From: a virus
Taxonomy: Duplodnaviria > Caudoviricetes
Length of the DNA stretch: 41,636 bases
Strand: one strand, 5' to 3'
Virus record (IMG/VR): IMGVR_UViG_3300048576_000612
Coordinates: 1-41,636 of that record
Shown: positions 25,409 to 34,042 of the stretch, piece after piece
Layout of the letters: each line of letters starts with the position of its first letter
How positions within the stretch are numbered: position 1 is the stretch's first letter
Notes under the pieces: model-generated
Seen by the model: only the letters and a program-made list of their open reading frames with translations
Database searches by the model: none
What the model was told of the DNA's origin: nothing
Position numbers and translations under genes: made by a program

Positions 25409-26856
25409 TAGGCTCCTCTTTTGTCTCCAAGTCGGCGCTTGGCAACGCTTTCATATGCGATGGATTGATATGGGCTGCTCGCCGCCTGCACCGCAAGCGC
25501 CTTCGCCCAAAAATGGTCCGCATGTCCGGTCTCCTCGGTCCGCGCCGCGTCGAAGCGGAAATGGCCGGTGGCCGTGGGGTATCGCTTCACGGAGTGCAGG
25601 CTGCCGCGGATCTTCTTGTCGCTCGGTATGCGCGACTTATGGTCCTCGAAGTTTTGTTTGAGCCCATCGGCCAGCGCCTCTTTGTTCGCGGCGGTGAACG
25701 TCACCGGCTCCACCCGGTGCGCGCCGTAGAGGTCCACGCACGATTCGGCCAGATCTGCCCCGATCCCCGTCTCATCAATGCACGCCCTCCGGAACCACGG
25801 GAGCTTCATGATGCTGTGAAGCACTTGGCGCTGCACGAAAAAGGGCGTCCGTAAAAGCTCGATGACGGCAACCGATTCGAGTGTCTGCTCTATCATCTGG
25901 TCCATCCATATGACTGTGAGGTCTTTTTTCCTGGCGATATCCACCCCAATGTATAGGTCCCCGACGAGCTTGACATCCGCCAGCGCCTCCACCGGCAGGG
26001 GAGGCATCCGTTTCGTCTGCTTGTAGAGCCCATAGTTTATGACAGCCGCCTCAATCAGCCCCAGGACCCAATCCGGCGCCACAGGAAGCCTGGGATCTTC
26101 CACCGACCCGATGAGATCGTAGCTAAGAAAAGCCGTGGCCTCATCGACCGGTTGACACATATACTCCTGGAGCCAGGTCTCCTCATCGCCACACTGCATC
26201 CGCGCTTCTTCGAGCCACTTCGCCCGCTCCGCGTCCGTGAGCTTTCGCCCCATGATTTTGTCGGCCAAGCCCTCGCGCACCGCGTCCTCAATGGTGGTAG
26301 TGTGCAGGCTCCAGCCATTGCCCTTCTTCGCTTCGTCCACCATCCGGTAGTACCGGTTGCCCTTGCCGTTGTAGGTGGAGAGCACACGCACGGGATATCC
26401 CCAGGTGATGATCGGGATCGCCGCCTTCCACAGGGCGTCAGGCTGGGCGTGGAAGGCAAACTCATCGAGCACGAGCTTCCCGCCCTTACTGCGAAAAGCC
26501 TTGGGGTTGGAGCTGAGTGCGTTGATGCGCTTACCGGTGCTGAACTCGAGTGTATAGGCCTTAATATCCTCCTCGGAGTCGATGATCGTCTCCCCGAGGT
26601 ACTCGCCGGCCATCTTGTAGAGCTTCACCCACTGCTCGCAGTAGAGTGCATACTCCTTGGCCGCCGATTCATCGGCGGATGAGAACCACACGTCCATCGC
26701 CCCCGTTGCCCTCGCTGCATCGAGCACGTCCTCGTAAGATTGGACGTACGTCATGCCGATCCGTCGCGATTTCTCCTTGATCTTGTACCGCGACTGATCG
26801 ATCAGCCAGCGCTCCTGGTATGGCAAAAAATATGAGGTTCTCCCGCGCCTGCTCAT
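25405..26856 (-). CDS. Terminase large subunit, Mu gp28-like
   Basis: KSRRIGMT, LDEFAFH, STYNG, GVDIARKKD, IDETGIG, HADHFWA. Confidence 0.93.
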   Translation of the reverse strand: MSRRGRTSYFLPYQERWLIDQSRYKIKEKSRRIGMTYVQSYEDVLDAARATGAMDVWFSSADESAAKEYALYCEQWVKLYKMAGEYLGETIIDSEEDIKAYTLEFSTGKRINALSSNPKAFRSKGGKLVLDEFAFHAQPDALWKAAIPIITWGYPVRVLSTYNGKGNRYYRMVDEAKKGNGWSLHTTTIEDAVREGLADKIMGRKLTDAERAKWLEEARMQCGDEETWLQEYMCQPVDEATAFLSYDLIGSVEDPRLPVAPDWVLGLIEAAVINYGLYKQTKRMPPLPVEALADVKLVGDLYIGVDIARKKDLTVIWMDQMIEQTLESVAVIELLRTPFFVQRQVLHSIMKLPWFRRACIDETGIGADLAESCVDLYGAHRVEPVTFTAANKEALADGLKQNFEDHKSRIPSDKKIRGSLHSVKRYPTATGHFRFDAARTEETGHADHFWAKALAVQAASSPYQSIAYESVAKRRLGDKRGAY

Positions 26857-26872
26857 CTACCCCTTCACCCAT

Positions 26873-27394
26873 TCACCGAACTATCCCGAGCACCTGCTCT
26901 TCGATCTGCCGGATCGCCTCATCGGAGAGTCCGCCATTTTTTGCGATCTGGGCCACTTCGCCGACAGCCGTTTCCGCCTTTTTCCGCAGCTCGCTCTTGA
27001 GCTTTTCCCGCTGAACGCTTGAAGACTGAAGGAACGCAACCGACTTCATGAGGGACATTCTCTCTTTGGGCGTAAGCTCCGTCGAGATGAGCAGCTCCAG
27101 GACTTGCTGCATTAGCAGCTTGCTTGCTGCCTCATCCAGCGCAAGCCCGTCCCCGACCTCGGAAACGAGAGACCGGGCCTGGTCCTCGGCCACGCGGAGG
27201 CGCTGGTAGGTATTGAGGAAGTCCTTCCCATAGCGTCCGATGGCGCTCCGGCTGATATCGTAGCCCTGCTCGGCCAGGAAATCCCGGATATCGTCGTAGG
27301 TGGCGCCCCCCTCGATGAGGAGACGGTCCACCTGCCCGCGCACCTCGGCGGGCAGTTCGTCATCGATCCGGCTGTGCTTGCGTACTTTGGCCAT
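26873..27394 (-). CDS. Terminase small subunit, Mu gp27-like (DUF3486)
   Basis: SRIDDELP, ISRSAIGRY, GLSDEA. Confidence 0.85.
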   Translation of the reverse strand: MAKVRKHSRIDDELPAEVRGQVDRLLIEGGATYDDIRDFLAEQGYDISRSAIGRYGKDFLNTYQRLRVAEDQARSLVSEVGDGLALDEAASKLLMQQVLELLISTELTPKERMSLMKSVAFLQSSSVQREKLKSELRKKAETAVGEVAQIAKNGGLSDEAIRQIEEQVLGIVR

Positions 27395-27398
27395 CCGT

Positions 27399-27650
27399 TT
27401 AGTCCATCCCGAGCTCGCGCTGGATGTCCGATATCGCCTGCTGCAATGCGATATATTCCTCTCGGATGCCGTCGAGCTGCTTCAGCAGCTCCAGCGCCTC
27501 ATTCGTCCGGATGTCCCGAAGCGGGATGACCGACGCCGGCTGGATGATCGTCTTGATGGCCGTGATAAGCCCCTGCGCCTGCGCCGCCAGTCGCATTGCC
27601 TTATGTCTCTTCTCCTGTAACGCCCCGTGCAAGATTAGCCGTTCGCTCAC
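27399..27650 (-). CDS. Hypothetical coiled-coil protein
   Basis: Tight operon packing, GTG start. Confidence 0.6.
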   Translation of the reverse strand: MSERLILHGALQEKRHKAMRLAAQAQGLITAIKTIIQPASVIPLRDIRTNEALELLKQLDGIREEYIALQQAISDIQRELGMD

Positions 27651-27654
27651 TGCA

Positions 27655-27975
27655 TTACGCCTCCACGCCGCTGGCCGACTTTTTGAGCCGCACCATAGGG
27701 CAAAATTGATTGGTTTCCACCTGCTGGGAGAGGCGCGCCAGGCCGTCGCTGGCCATAATGGTCACGGTCTGCTGCTCCTGCGCGAGCTTCTGATACGCCT
27801 CGACCAGGATCACGTTGTTCTCGTACATCCTGCGCTGTGCGAGCATGTCCTCACGGTACTGCCGCATGAGCTCGTCCCTGCGCCGCTCGCCCCAGTACCA
27901 CATGATCAGCACCAAACCCGAGATGCCGAAGTTCGACGCCAGGGCGAATATTTCCTTTACGGACATGCCGTCCAT
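27655..27975 (-). CDS. Membrane-anchored hypothetical protein (lysis-region)
   Basis: One N-terminal TM segment followed by coiled coil; GGGGAGG RBS. Confidence 0.6.
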   Translation of the reverse strand: MDGMSVKEIFALASNFGISGLVLIMWYWGERRRDELMRQYREDMLAQRRMYENNVILVEAYQKLAQEQQTVTIMASDGLARLSQQVETNQFCPMVRLKKSASGVEA

Positions 27976-28000
27976 TAACTGCCTCCCCTTTCAGGAATTT

Positions 28001-28252
28001 TTACTTGCCCCCGATTGGCTGCTTCGCCCTGATGCGCCCCCAGATCGCCGCGACGCCGCCCATGATGGCGACAACGCTCGTGTAGATATTCACGGCGTTT
28101 GTGGCGATATGCTGCGCCCCATCGGCAACCGCGTTCTGAGCGTCCTGGTCGACCGCGTGGCCGAGCAGTCCGGCCACGCCGGAGCCCGCCGCAACGATGC
28201 CGCCCCAAACAGCGCGGGACTTGATCCAACTCTTGACCGCTTCTTCTTCCAC
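28001..28252 (-). CDS. Holin-like two-TM protein, 83 aa (start at GTG, MEEEAVKSW)
   Basis: AAAGGAG RBS; KSWIKSRAVWG..TM..TM..WGRIRA. Confidence 0.65.
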   Translation of the reverse strand: MEEEAVKSWIKSRAVWGGIVAAGSGVAGLLGHAVDQDAQNAVADGAQHIATNAVNIYTSVVAIMGGVAAIWGRIRAKQPIGGK

Positions 28253-28506
28253 CGATATCTCCTTTCTTAGAAGATGTTGGCCGATGCGGCCGGTGGAACC
28301 TTGGCCGGGTTGTGCCCGGTCGCATCGGCGGGGTTGGCGGTCGGGATGTCGTCGATGATGATGTGAAACAACTCTGGTAAATTTGCAGAAGTAGTTGAAA
28401 TGGAAAAACATCCCGGCCGTAATACCTGTGTGGCAGGATTTCATTGCTGTTGCAAGGGGGTCTCCGAGAGGGTGGACGTATATGGGAAATCTGGAAACTC
28501 GAATGC

Positions 28507-28571
28507 AAAAAAAATAGCCTCCCCTCCGTCTTCGTGGTTCTCGCGTAGGCTGGAAGACGGAGGGGAGGCTA
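28507..28571 (-). terminator. Strong terminator separating early/middle from late genes
   Basis: 19-bp perfect stem TAGCCTCCCCTCCGTCTTC (28515-28533 / 28553-28571) plus T8 on -. Confidence 0.8.
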
Positions 28572-28622
28572 AAGGCAGCGGCAAAATGCCTATTTGCTCC
28601 TATCCTCAATCGCGCATAAGAA

Positions 28623-28889
28623 TCACCCCTCCAACAACCTCCTGACGCTGTCCGCCCGGATGCGTGCGCAACGTCCAACCTTAATTGTCTTTAGAGGCTT
28701 ATCATCCCCGCATAGCTCATATACTTTGCTTACGCTGATGCCAAGGAGGACGGCAACCTGATTGATTGTGAGCAGTTCCTTAGCGTTCAAAACATCCCGG
28801 TCCGGCACCAGTGCGCCGTTTTGGCGCACAAATATCCTTACGAAACCGGAGGACAGCTCCACATTATCGGCCCTATCCTCATACACCAT
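28623..28889 (-). CDS. Excisionase-type HTH protein; probable late activator (position of Mu C)
   Basis: LLTINQVAVLLGISVSKVYEL..KVGRCARI. Confidence 0.75.
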   Translation of the reverse strand: MVYEDRADNVELSSGFVRIFVRQNGALVPDRDVLNAKELLTINQVAVLLGISVSKVYELCGDDKPLKTIKVGRCARIRADSVRRLLEG

Positions 28890-28928
28890 ACCCCCTCCTT
28901 TCCTACCGAAACCGGAGCAGGGACAAAT

Positions 28929-28956
28929 GTAGGGGCAAAAAATCTTTTGCCCCTAC
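28929..28956. repeat. GTAG-family REP-like palindrome
   Basis: GTAGGGGCAAAA-AATC-TTTTGCCCCTAC. Confidence 0.7.
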
Positions 28957-28984
28957 CTCCTACCTCCGTTATCCGAGATCCGCC

Positions 28985-29665
28985 CTACAAATACCACGCA
29001 TACGGAACGCTTGACGCGTTCCGGTGCTTCCCGAGCACCGCCACCGCGTCGTTGAACCACCGGACGAACCGGTCGCAATGCTCCCCCGTCCCTACCGGAT
29101 ACTGGCGCATCTTCCACCGGTTATACGCGCCGTCATTCCGATAGACGCCTCCGGCGTTGTAAGCGCAAGCGACCAAAGGCGGGTCCAGCCGCGTCGCCAT
29201 GCGCTGCCGGTCGATGTACGCCGTGCCGGCCCGTATCGCGTTCTCGGGCTTGAGCAGCCAGTCATAGTCCACCAGGGAGCTGCCGACCGCAACACGGGCC
29301 GTCGATATGAGCGTCTGCATCAGCCCGACGCTCACGCGGTGCGGCGTCGTCTCGTGAGACTCGAACCCCGGCTCTCTCCGTACGGCCCCCTGGGCGCCTC
29401 CCGATTCCGTCGCGATGGTCGCCACAATGAGCGCGCACGGCACGGTATAGTTTACGGCTTCCGCATTGATGATACGGCCGTACCGCTCCCAGATCCGCGT
29501 GACCGTCTCCGGCTCGCCCCTGGTGCGCTCGATCCCGGAGCCCTCGACCTCGATCCCGTCCCTCGTGAGCCTCCACCGCACCGAACCCGCATAGACCCTG
29601 TGCCACTCCGTGAGCAGCGGCTGCCTGCGGACCGCCGCGCCTTCACCTTGCCTTGCCTGCTCCAT
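28985..29665 (-). CDS. Lytic transglycosylase (SLT family), probable endolysin
   Basis: ATESGG, VGLMQ, AG.AY, AYNAG. Confidence 0.88.
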   Translation of the reverse strand: MEQARQGEGAAVRRQPLLTEWHRVYAGSVRWRLTRDGIEVEGSGIERTRGEPETVTRIWERYGRIINAEAVNYTVPCALIVATIATESGGAQGAVRREPGFESHETTPHRVSVGLMQTLISTARVAVGSSLVDYDWLLKPENAIRAGTAYIDRQRMATRLDPPLVACAYNAGGVYRNDGAYNRWKMRQYPVGTGEHCDRFVRWFNDAVAVLGKHRNASSVPYAWYL

Positions 29666-30239
29666 GCTTCCCCTCCGTTTTCCGTGTTCCCTTCCTTCCC
29701 CTTATTTCCTTCGCTTTCGACTTCTGCTCGTAGCCGTGCACCTTGACCAGCCCCGCAATCACCTCCCTCGCCTGCGCCACATCGAGGAACCTCTCGTGGT
29801 CCACCCCGGCCACGTGCGCGATGTACCCCCGTAAATTTTTATCATCCCAGCGCAACTCCCGCTGCAGCCACCGGATTTTCCTCCACTGCGCCCTGCTGCA
29901 CCCCGGAGGGTAGTCATCCGGCTGAGCCCGCTTCCCGCTCGTCCTTTCCGGCTCCATTTGACCATCATTCCCGCGAAGGCGGGAATCCAGGATAGTAGCG
30001 CCGTCCTTCCACGGCGGCGCATCTTTCCGATCACCTCCGCACGCCTTCTTGAGGTCCCAAAGCCGCAGGATGACGTCGCCCAGCTCCCGCGAGCTCATCT
30101 CCCGGCAGCTCTCCTTCCCGGTCCACTCATAGAGGCACGACCTGTAGAGATCCCCCTCCAGCCCCACCTCATCGGCCAGGATATGCACCCTGGCCAACAG
30201 CCCCCTCCGGTCCGCATCCTTTCCGGTCCGCATGCCCAC
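29643..30239 (-). CDS. GemA/gp16-like regulator (DUF1018)
   Basis: LLARVHI, YR..L..WTGKESCREM, AQWRKIRWL, VIAGL. Confidence 0.75.
   Translation of the reverse strand: MGMRTGKDADRRGLLARVHILADEVGLEGDLYRSCLYEWTGKESCREMSSRELGDVILRLWDLKKACGGDRKDAPPWKDGATILDSRLRGNDGQMEPERTSGKRAQPDDYPPGCSRAQWRKIRWLQRELRWDDKNLRGYIAHVAGVDHERFLDVAQAREVIAGLVKVHGYEQKSKAKEIRGRKGTRKTEGKHGAGKAR
29965..30020. repeat. Two adjacent REP-like palindromes inside gemA
   Basis: TCATTCCCGCGAAGGCGGGAATCCAG (29965-29990) and GTAGCGCCGTCCTTCCACGGCGGCGC (29995-30020). Confidence 0.75.
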
Positions 30240-30245
30240 GCCTCC

Positions 30246-30804
30246 TCACGACTTCGCGCCCGCCGCCGCCTTCATCACCGACTGATACCCGATGGGAGAC
30301 GGCTCCAATACCACCTCCTCGATGCACTCCAGCCAGAAATCATCGCTCACCACCCGGCTGGCCCCAACCAGCTTCAGCCGCTCATCCGGCCATTTGAGCA
30401 GCTCGTCCTTGTTGACGTCCTCCTTCACCCGCACGGCCTCCGAAAACTTCAGCTCCTTGAGCCGTCCCAGGACCATCTCCCAAGTGATTCGGCCGGGGTT
30501 TGACCTTGGTCGATTTCCGGTAGCCGATCTTCCCCATGGCAAGCGCTATCGTCTTTTTCTCCGCAAACAGCTCCGCCCTGTTGAGCTCGGCGAACACCAG
30601 CACGCCCGTCTCCAGCGCCTCCATTTTCGCCGCGAGCGGGGCGCACTCCGCCGCCGCCTCGGCCTTCAACTGCGCGATCCGCTCGTTCAGCTCCAGCTCC
30701 ACCGCCCCGATTTTCCGCTTGATCTCCCCGATTTCCGCCAACGACCGGTCGGCCTCCTCGAGATCCCGCACCAAGAAGATGTTCTTAGGCTTCTGTCTGC
30801 TCAT
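30246..30804 (-). pseudogene. Gam-like host-nuclease inhibitor split by a frameshift near 30495
   Basis: N-half ends ..GKIGYRKSTKVKP; C-half ITWEMVLGRL..VKEDVNKDEL..DDFWLE is in another frame. Confidence 0.8.
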
Positions 30805-30970
30805 GCTTCTCTCCCTCTACGGTCAGGTTCCGCTCCAAGTTCCCCGCCAACTCCGCCGCATCCCTCAGCTCTGCAAGCAGCGGCCTCACCAGCCTTCTAT
30901 CCCGAGGGCTCTCCATCAGTCTGGATCTCTCGATAAAACCAATCGCCGACCGAATCTTTTCTCCTACCAT
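30785..30970 (-). CDS. Hypothetical protein
   Basis: RBS, operon packing. Confidence 0.5.
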   Translation of the reverse strand: MVGEKIRSAIGFIERSRLMESPRDRRLVRPLLAELRDAAELAGNLERNLTVEGEKHEQTEA

Positions 30971-30997
30971 TCGCTTCCCCTCCTTCTGTATGAAAAC

Positions 30998-31591
30998 TCA
31001 TTGTTTTGGAGCTTTCCGGAAGCTCCGCAGCATCTCGACCACTTCGGTGCGCTCTTCCTCGTTCACGGCGTCCTCCCGCAATTCCTTCGGAAGCGGGGAA
31101 AACGGCTTGCGGGCGCTCACCTGCTGTCGGCCCCCTTCGGCCTGGGCCGGTGAGCGCGACCGGCTGCGATGCTCCTCGTAGAGATCGAGCTCCGCCTTGA
31201 CCGCCCCCGGCCCCGCCTCCGCAAAAGCCACCTTCCTCAGATAATTGTGGTTCTCCAGCCTCCCTCCTTTCCTCCTGACCCCCGCTATGGTCTTCCGGAG
31301 CGCCACGGTCCAAACGCCAACCGGCGCAGGCCTGGCCGCCTCCCCCTGTATCTGCACCGTCCCGCTCCGCACCATCTCCAGTAGCTCGGCCACGATCCTG
31401 GTCGCCCTGGCCAGCCCCATCTTCTTCAGCTCCGGCGCAAAGAGGTGCAGATACTCATCCATCCACGGCTGCACTTCCGCAGGCAGCTCCCTCCACACCC
31501 GGTGAAACTCCTCCGCCTTCGGACCCCGTAAGAATTCTTCCATCGGCCCCCTGCGGCCGCACTCCGGGCACTTGCACTCCGGCAACGGCAT
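30998..31591 (-). CDS. Hypothetical protein with N-terminal CxCxxC
   Basis: GGAGGGGG RBS; YLHLFAP, LENHNYLRKV. Confidence 0.7.
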   Translation of the reverse strand: MPLPECKCPECGRRGPMEEFLRGPKAEEFHRVWRELPAEVQPWMDEYLHLFAPELKKMGLARATRIVAELLEMVRSGTVQIQGEAARPAPVGVWTVALRKTIAGVRRKGGRLENHNYLRKVAFAEAGPGAVKAELDLYEEHRSRSRSPAQAEGGRQQVSARKPFSPLPKELREDAVNEEERTEVVEMLRSFRKAPKQ

Positions 31592-31609
31592 ACCCCTCCC
31601 TAGCCCTCC

Positions 31610-31849
31610 TTACTCAAATTGTTTCAGCTCTTTCGTAATTGCCTCGCGCAAAGCTTCCAACGCCGCCCTCTGCGCATGTGGATACGTGCATGAGCCTCCG
31701 TTTTTGATAAATATGCATTCGTCATCTTCACCGGGCGGCTCGACATAAAATTGGCCAAGCGCACAGCGCTCGCCAACACAGTCGTAACCAGCGGAAAAAT
31801 CTCCATCATAGAGAGAGGCGCTGATATTGGTGCCCTTACGCTTCGCCAT
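31610..31849 (-). CDS. Hypothetical Cys-containing protein (MAKRKG...)
   Basis: GGAGG RBS, operon packing. Confidence 0.6.
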   Translation of the reverse strand: MAKRKGTNISASLYDGDFSAGYDCVGERCALGQFYVEPPGEDDECIFIKNGGSCTYPHAQRAALEALREAITKELKQFE

Positions 31850-32108
31850 GACTTCCTCCTGACCCTCGCAGCCTAACCGCATCCAGGCGCCTCACGGCCG
31901 CCTCGTATGCTTCCTCATAGCCGTCCCCGATTCGCAGATAGAGCCTGTATTGCAGCTCCCAGGGCAGCTTCTTCCAGCACGCATAGCAAAGGGACTTCCC
32001 TGATTTCTTGGGCGCTCCGCACTGACACTGCTCACTCCGAAGCTCCTTCAGATAGAACTGGACATCCGTCCTCCCTGCACCTGGGTCCGGACTCCCGTTT
32101 TGATGCAT
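31836..32108 (-). CDS. Hypothetical zinc-finger protein
   Basis: CQCG..CYACWKKLP; start uncertain. Confidence 0.6.
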   Translation of the reverse strand: MHQNGSPDPGAGRTDVQFYLKELRSEQCQCGAPKKSGKSLCYACWKKLPWELQYRLYLRIGDGYEEAYEAAVRRLDAVRLRGSGGSHGEA

Positions 32109-32195
32109 TTCCTCGCCCCCTCTCTTCTCCGGCGTCATATCCCCGACCTCGCGCAAATTGATTCTCCAAGAATGAAGATTTCGACCGCCTGAAGA

Positions 32196-33155
32196 TTAAA
32201 CCGGCCGGAACATCAGCCCCAGCGCCTCTTCCACGTCCCCGCTGTAAATCTTCACCAGCTCCGCGAGCTTCTCCAGGTACCGGAAAAACCCCGCCCGCTT
32301 CGCGTGGGCGATGACCGGTCCCGTCTTCCCCACCGCATCTTCATACTGACCGACCAGGCTCCGCCAGTGCACGGCAAGCAGCTCATCGGGCGGGGCCCCG
32401 AGCTGCCGCAGATACCCGATCCGGCTGAACACATACGTCTCCCCGGCGTCGCTAAGCGATATATGGAGCGCCGGCAGCCCGACCAGGACCACCCCCGCCC
32501 CTGCCTCGTAGAGCTGCCGAAACACCTCCACCATCCGCAGCACGTGCCGCCGCGTCCGGTTCCCGATCAACAAATCCGCCTCGTCCACAATGAGGAATCG
32601 CCCCCGCGCCGCCTGCCGGAGCCGGGCCTGCTTCGCGTCGTTTCCCCCTTCGGCCGGCAGCCCCCACAGCCGGCACAGGTCCGACAGGAGCCCCCCAAGG
32701 CTCTGCCCCAACTGCGCCGTGTAGTAATCCCCTCCCTGCTTCTCGTTATATCGGTTCGCCACCCAAGTCTTCCCGACCCCCGACTTCCCCACCAGCACCG
32801 CAAAATCCCGCTGCTTCCGGACCAGATCCAGCAGCAGCCACGCCTGCTTCTGCCCAGGCGTCCACCACATCTCCACCTTTCCCGGCGCCTTTTGTTCACA
32901 ATCGGCCGCCCTTTGTTCACGAATGACTACCATTTGTTCATCATTCCCCCCTTGAGGAGGGCAGGGGGGTGTCGTCTCACCCGCCTCGATCCCGCACTTT
33001 CTCTCCAATACCACCCTTATCTCCTCAACCACCTCCTTCCGTCCCTGATACTTCCCGCCTAACACCTGGCTGACCGTCGCCTTGCTCTTCCCACAGGCCG
33101 CCGCCAGCTCTCCAACCTTCATCCCGCTTTTTTGAAACAGCTCTTGCAGATTCAT
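32196..33155 (-). CDS. MuB-like transposition ATPase (HTH + AAA)
   Basis: N-terminal HTH with TVSQVLGGKY, Walker A GKSGVGKT, Walker B LIVDEAD, VFSRI. Confidence 0.9.
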   Translation of the reverse strand: MNLQELFQKSGMKVGELAAACGKSKATVSQVLGGKYQGRKEVVEEIRVVLERKCGIEAGETTPPCPPQGGNDEQMVVIREQRAADCEQKAPGKVEMWWTPGQKQAWLLLDLVRKQRDFAVLVGKSGVGKTWVANRYNEKQGGDYYTAQLGQSLGGLLSDLCRLWGLPAEGGNDAKQARLRQAARGRFLIVDEADLLIGNRTRRHVLRMVEVFRQLYEAGAGVVLVGLPALHISLSDAGETYVFSRIGYLRQLGAPPDELLAVHWRSLVGQYEDAVGKTGPVIAHAKRAGFFRYLEKLAELVKIYSGDVEEALGLMFRPV

Positions 33156-33168
33156 TTCCTCTCCTTGC

Positions 33169-33441
33169 TCACCTGGGAGCCTGCCTAATGCGTAAGTGCA
33201 GCCGTAAATTCTCCCTGATCGCGTTCACCACTGCATGAGCATCCTGCTCGGTGAGATTCCCCAGGGCTGCTTCCACATCGCGCGCGGCGCCCGGCCCGTC
33301 GAAAATGATCTTCATATCCCCCTGCACATGCTCCACGATGCATATTTGATGGAGCACATAAGCCTCCTCTACCGGATCGTATTCCGTGTAGCAGAGCACC
33401 TGCGTCGAAGGCGTATCGATTATCCTGGCAAAAGTCTCCAT
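33169..33441 (-). CDS. Hypothetical protein
   Basis: AAGGAG RBS, operon packing. Confidence 0.6.
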   Translation of the reverse strand: METFARIIDTPSTQVLCYTEYDPVEEAYVLHQICIVEHVQGDMKIIFDGPGAARDVEAALGNLTEQDAHAVVNAIRENLRLHLRIRQAPR

Positions 33442-33455
33442 CCATCGCTCCTTCT

Positions 33456-33650
33456 CTAATCCCTGAGAGCAGTAGGGTCATTCTTGAAAATCCCATTCCA
33501 TCTACCCAGCTCTCGCTTTGTCTTGCAGCGCTCCACCAGCTTCCAGTTTCCTTTTGCGTCGTAAATCTTGACCGTGAGATCCGTTTCATTGATTCTGTAA
33601 AGGCTGAATCCCGCCTTGCGCACCTTCTCCCTGTCGTAACCATCCTTCAT
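33456..33650 (-). CDS. Hypothetical protein, 64 aa (MKDGYDRE...)
   Basis: GAAGGAG RBS; real start lies inside the longer called ORF. Confidence 0.6.
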   Translation of the reverse strand: MKDGYDREKVRKAGFSLYRINETDLTVKIYDAKGNWKLVERCKTKRELGRWNGIFKNDPTALRD

Positions 33651-33664
33651 GATGTGATCTCCTT

Positions 33665-34030
33665 CTATCGCTTCTTCCAATTCGATCCTTGTCCGCCTAT
33701 TCCAAGCGCCGGCTTTACAGGATTGCAATGTCCCCCAGGCCGTACGCATTTGCCGAACCCACCGGGGACCCTGACCCCCTTCGCCTTTGCGTGCATGGAC
33801 CGGTGGGCGCCGCACCTGTTGCAGTCGCCGCCCCTCGGATAAAATCGATTCGGATGGAAATCGCACCTCGTGTTGGATGCATTTCCCCCAAACAGGAGCG
33901 AACACCTTTCCAGATGCACGCACTCACCGCACGTCACTCCATCATCGAGCAGCATGTCGTACTCCGCCTGCCAATCCTCGCTGCCTTCCCTGTAATGGGA
34001 AGGAACCCGATCCTTCGATTTCGTCCCCAT
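33665..34030 (-). CDS. Cys-rich hypothetical protein
   Basis: TCGECVHLERC..CDF.P.RF plus further Cys pairs; GGGAGG RBS. Confidence 0.65.
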   Translation of the reverse strand: MGTKSKDRVPSHYREGSEDWQAEYDMLLDDGVTCGECVHLERCSLLFGGNASNTRCDFHPNRFYPRGGDCNRCGAHRSMHAKAKGVRVPGGFGKCVRPGGHCNPVKPALGIGGQGSNWKKR

Positions 34031-34042
34031 GGCTTTTCCTCC

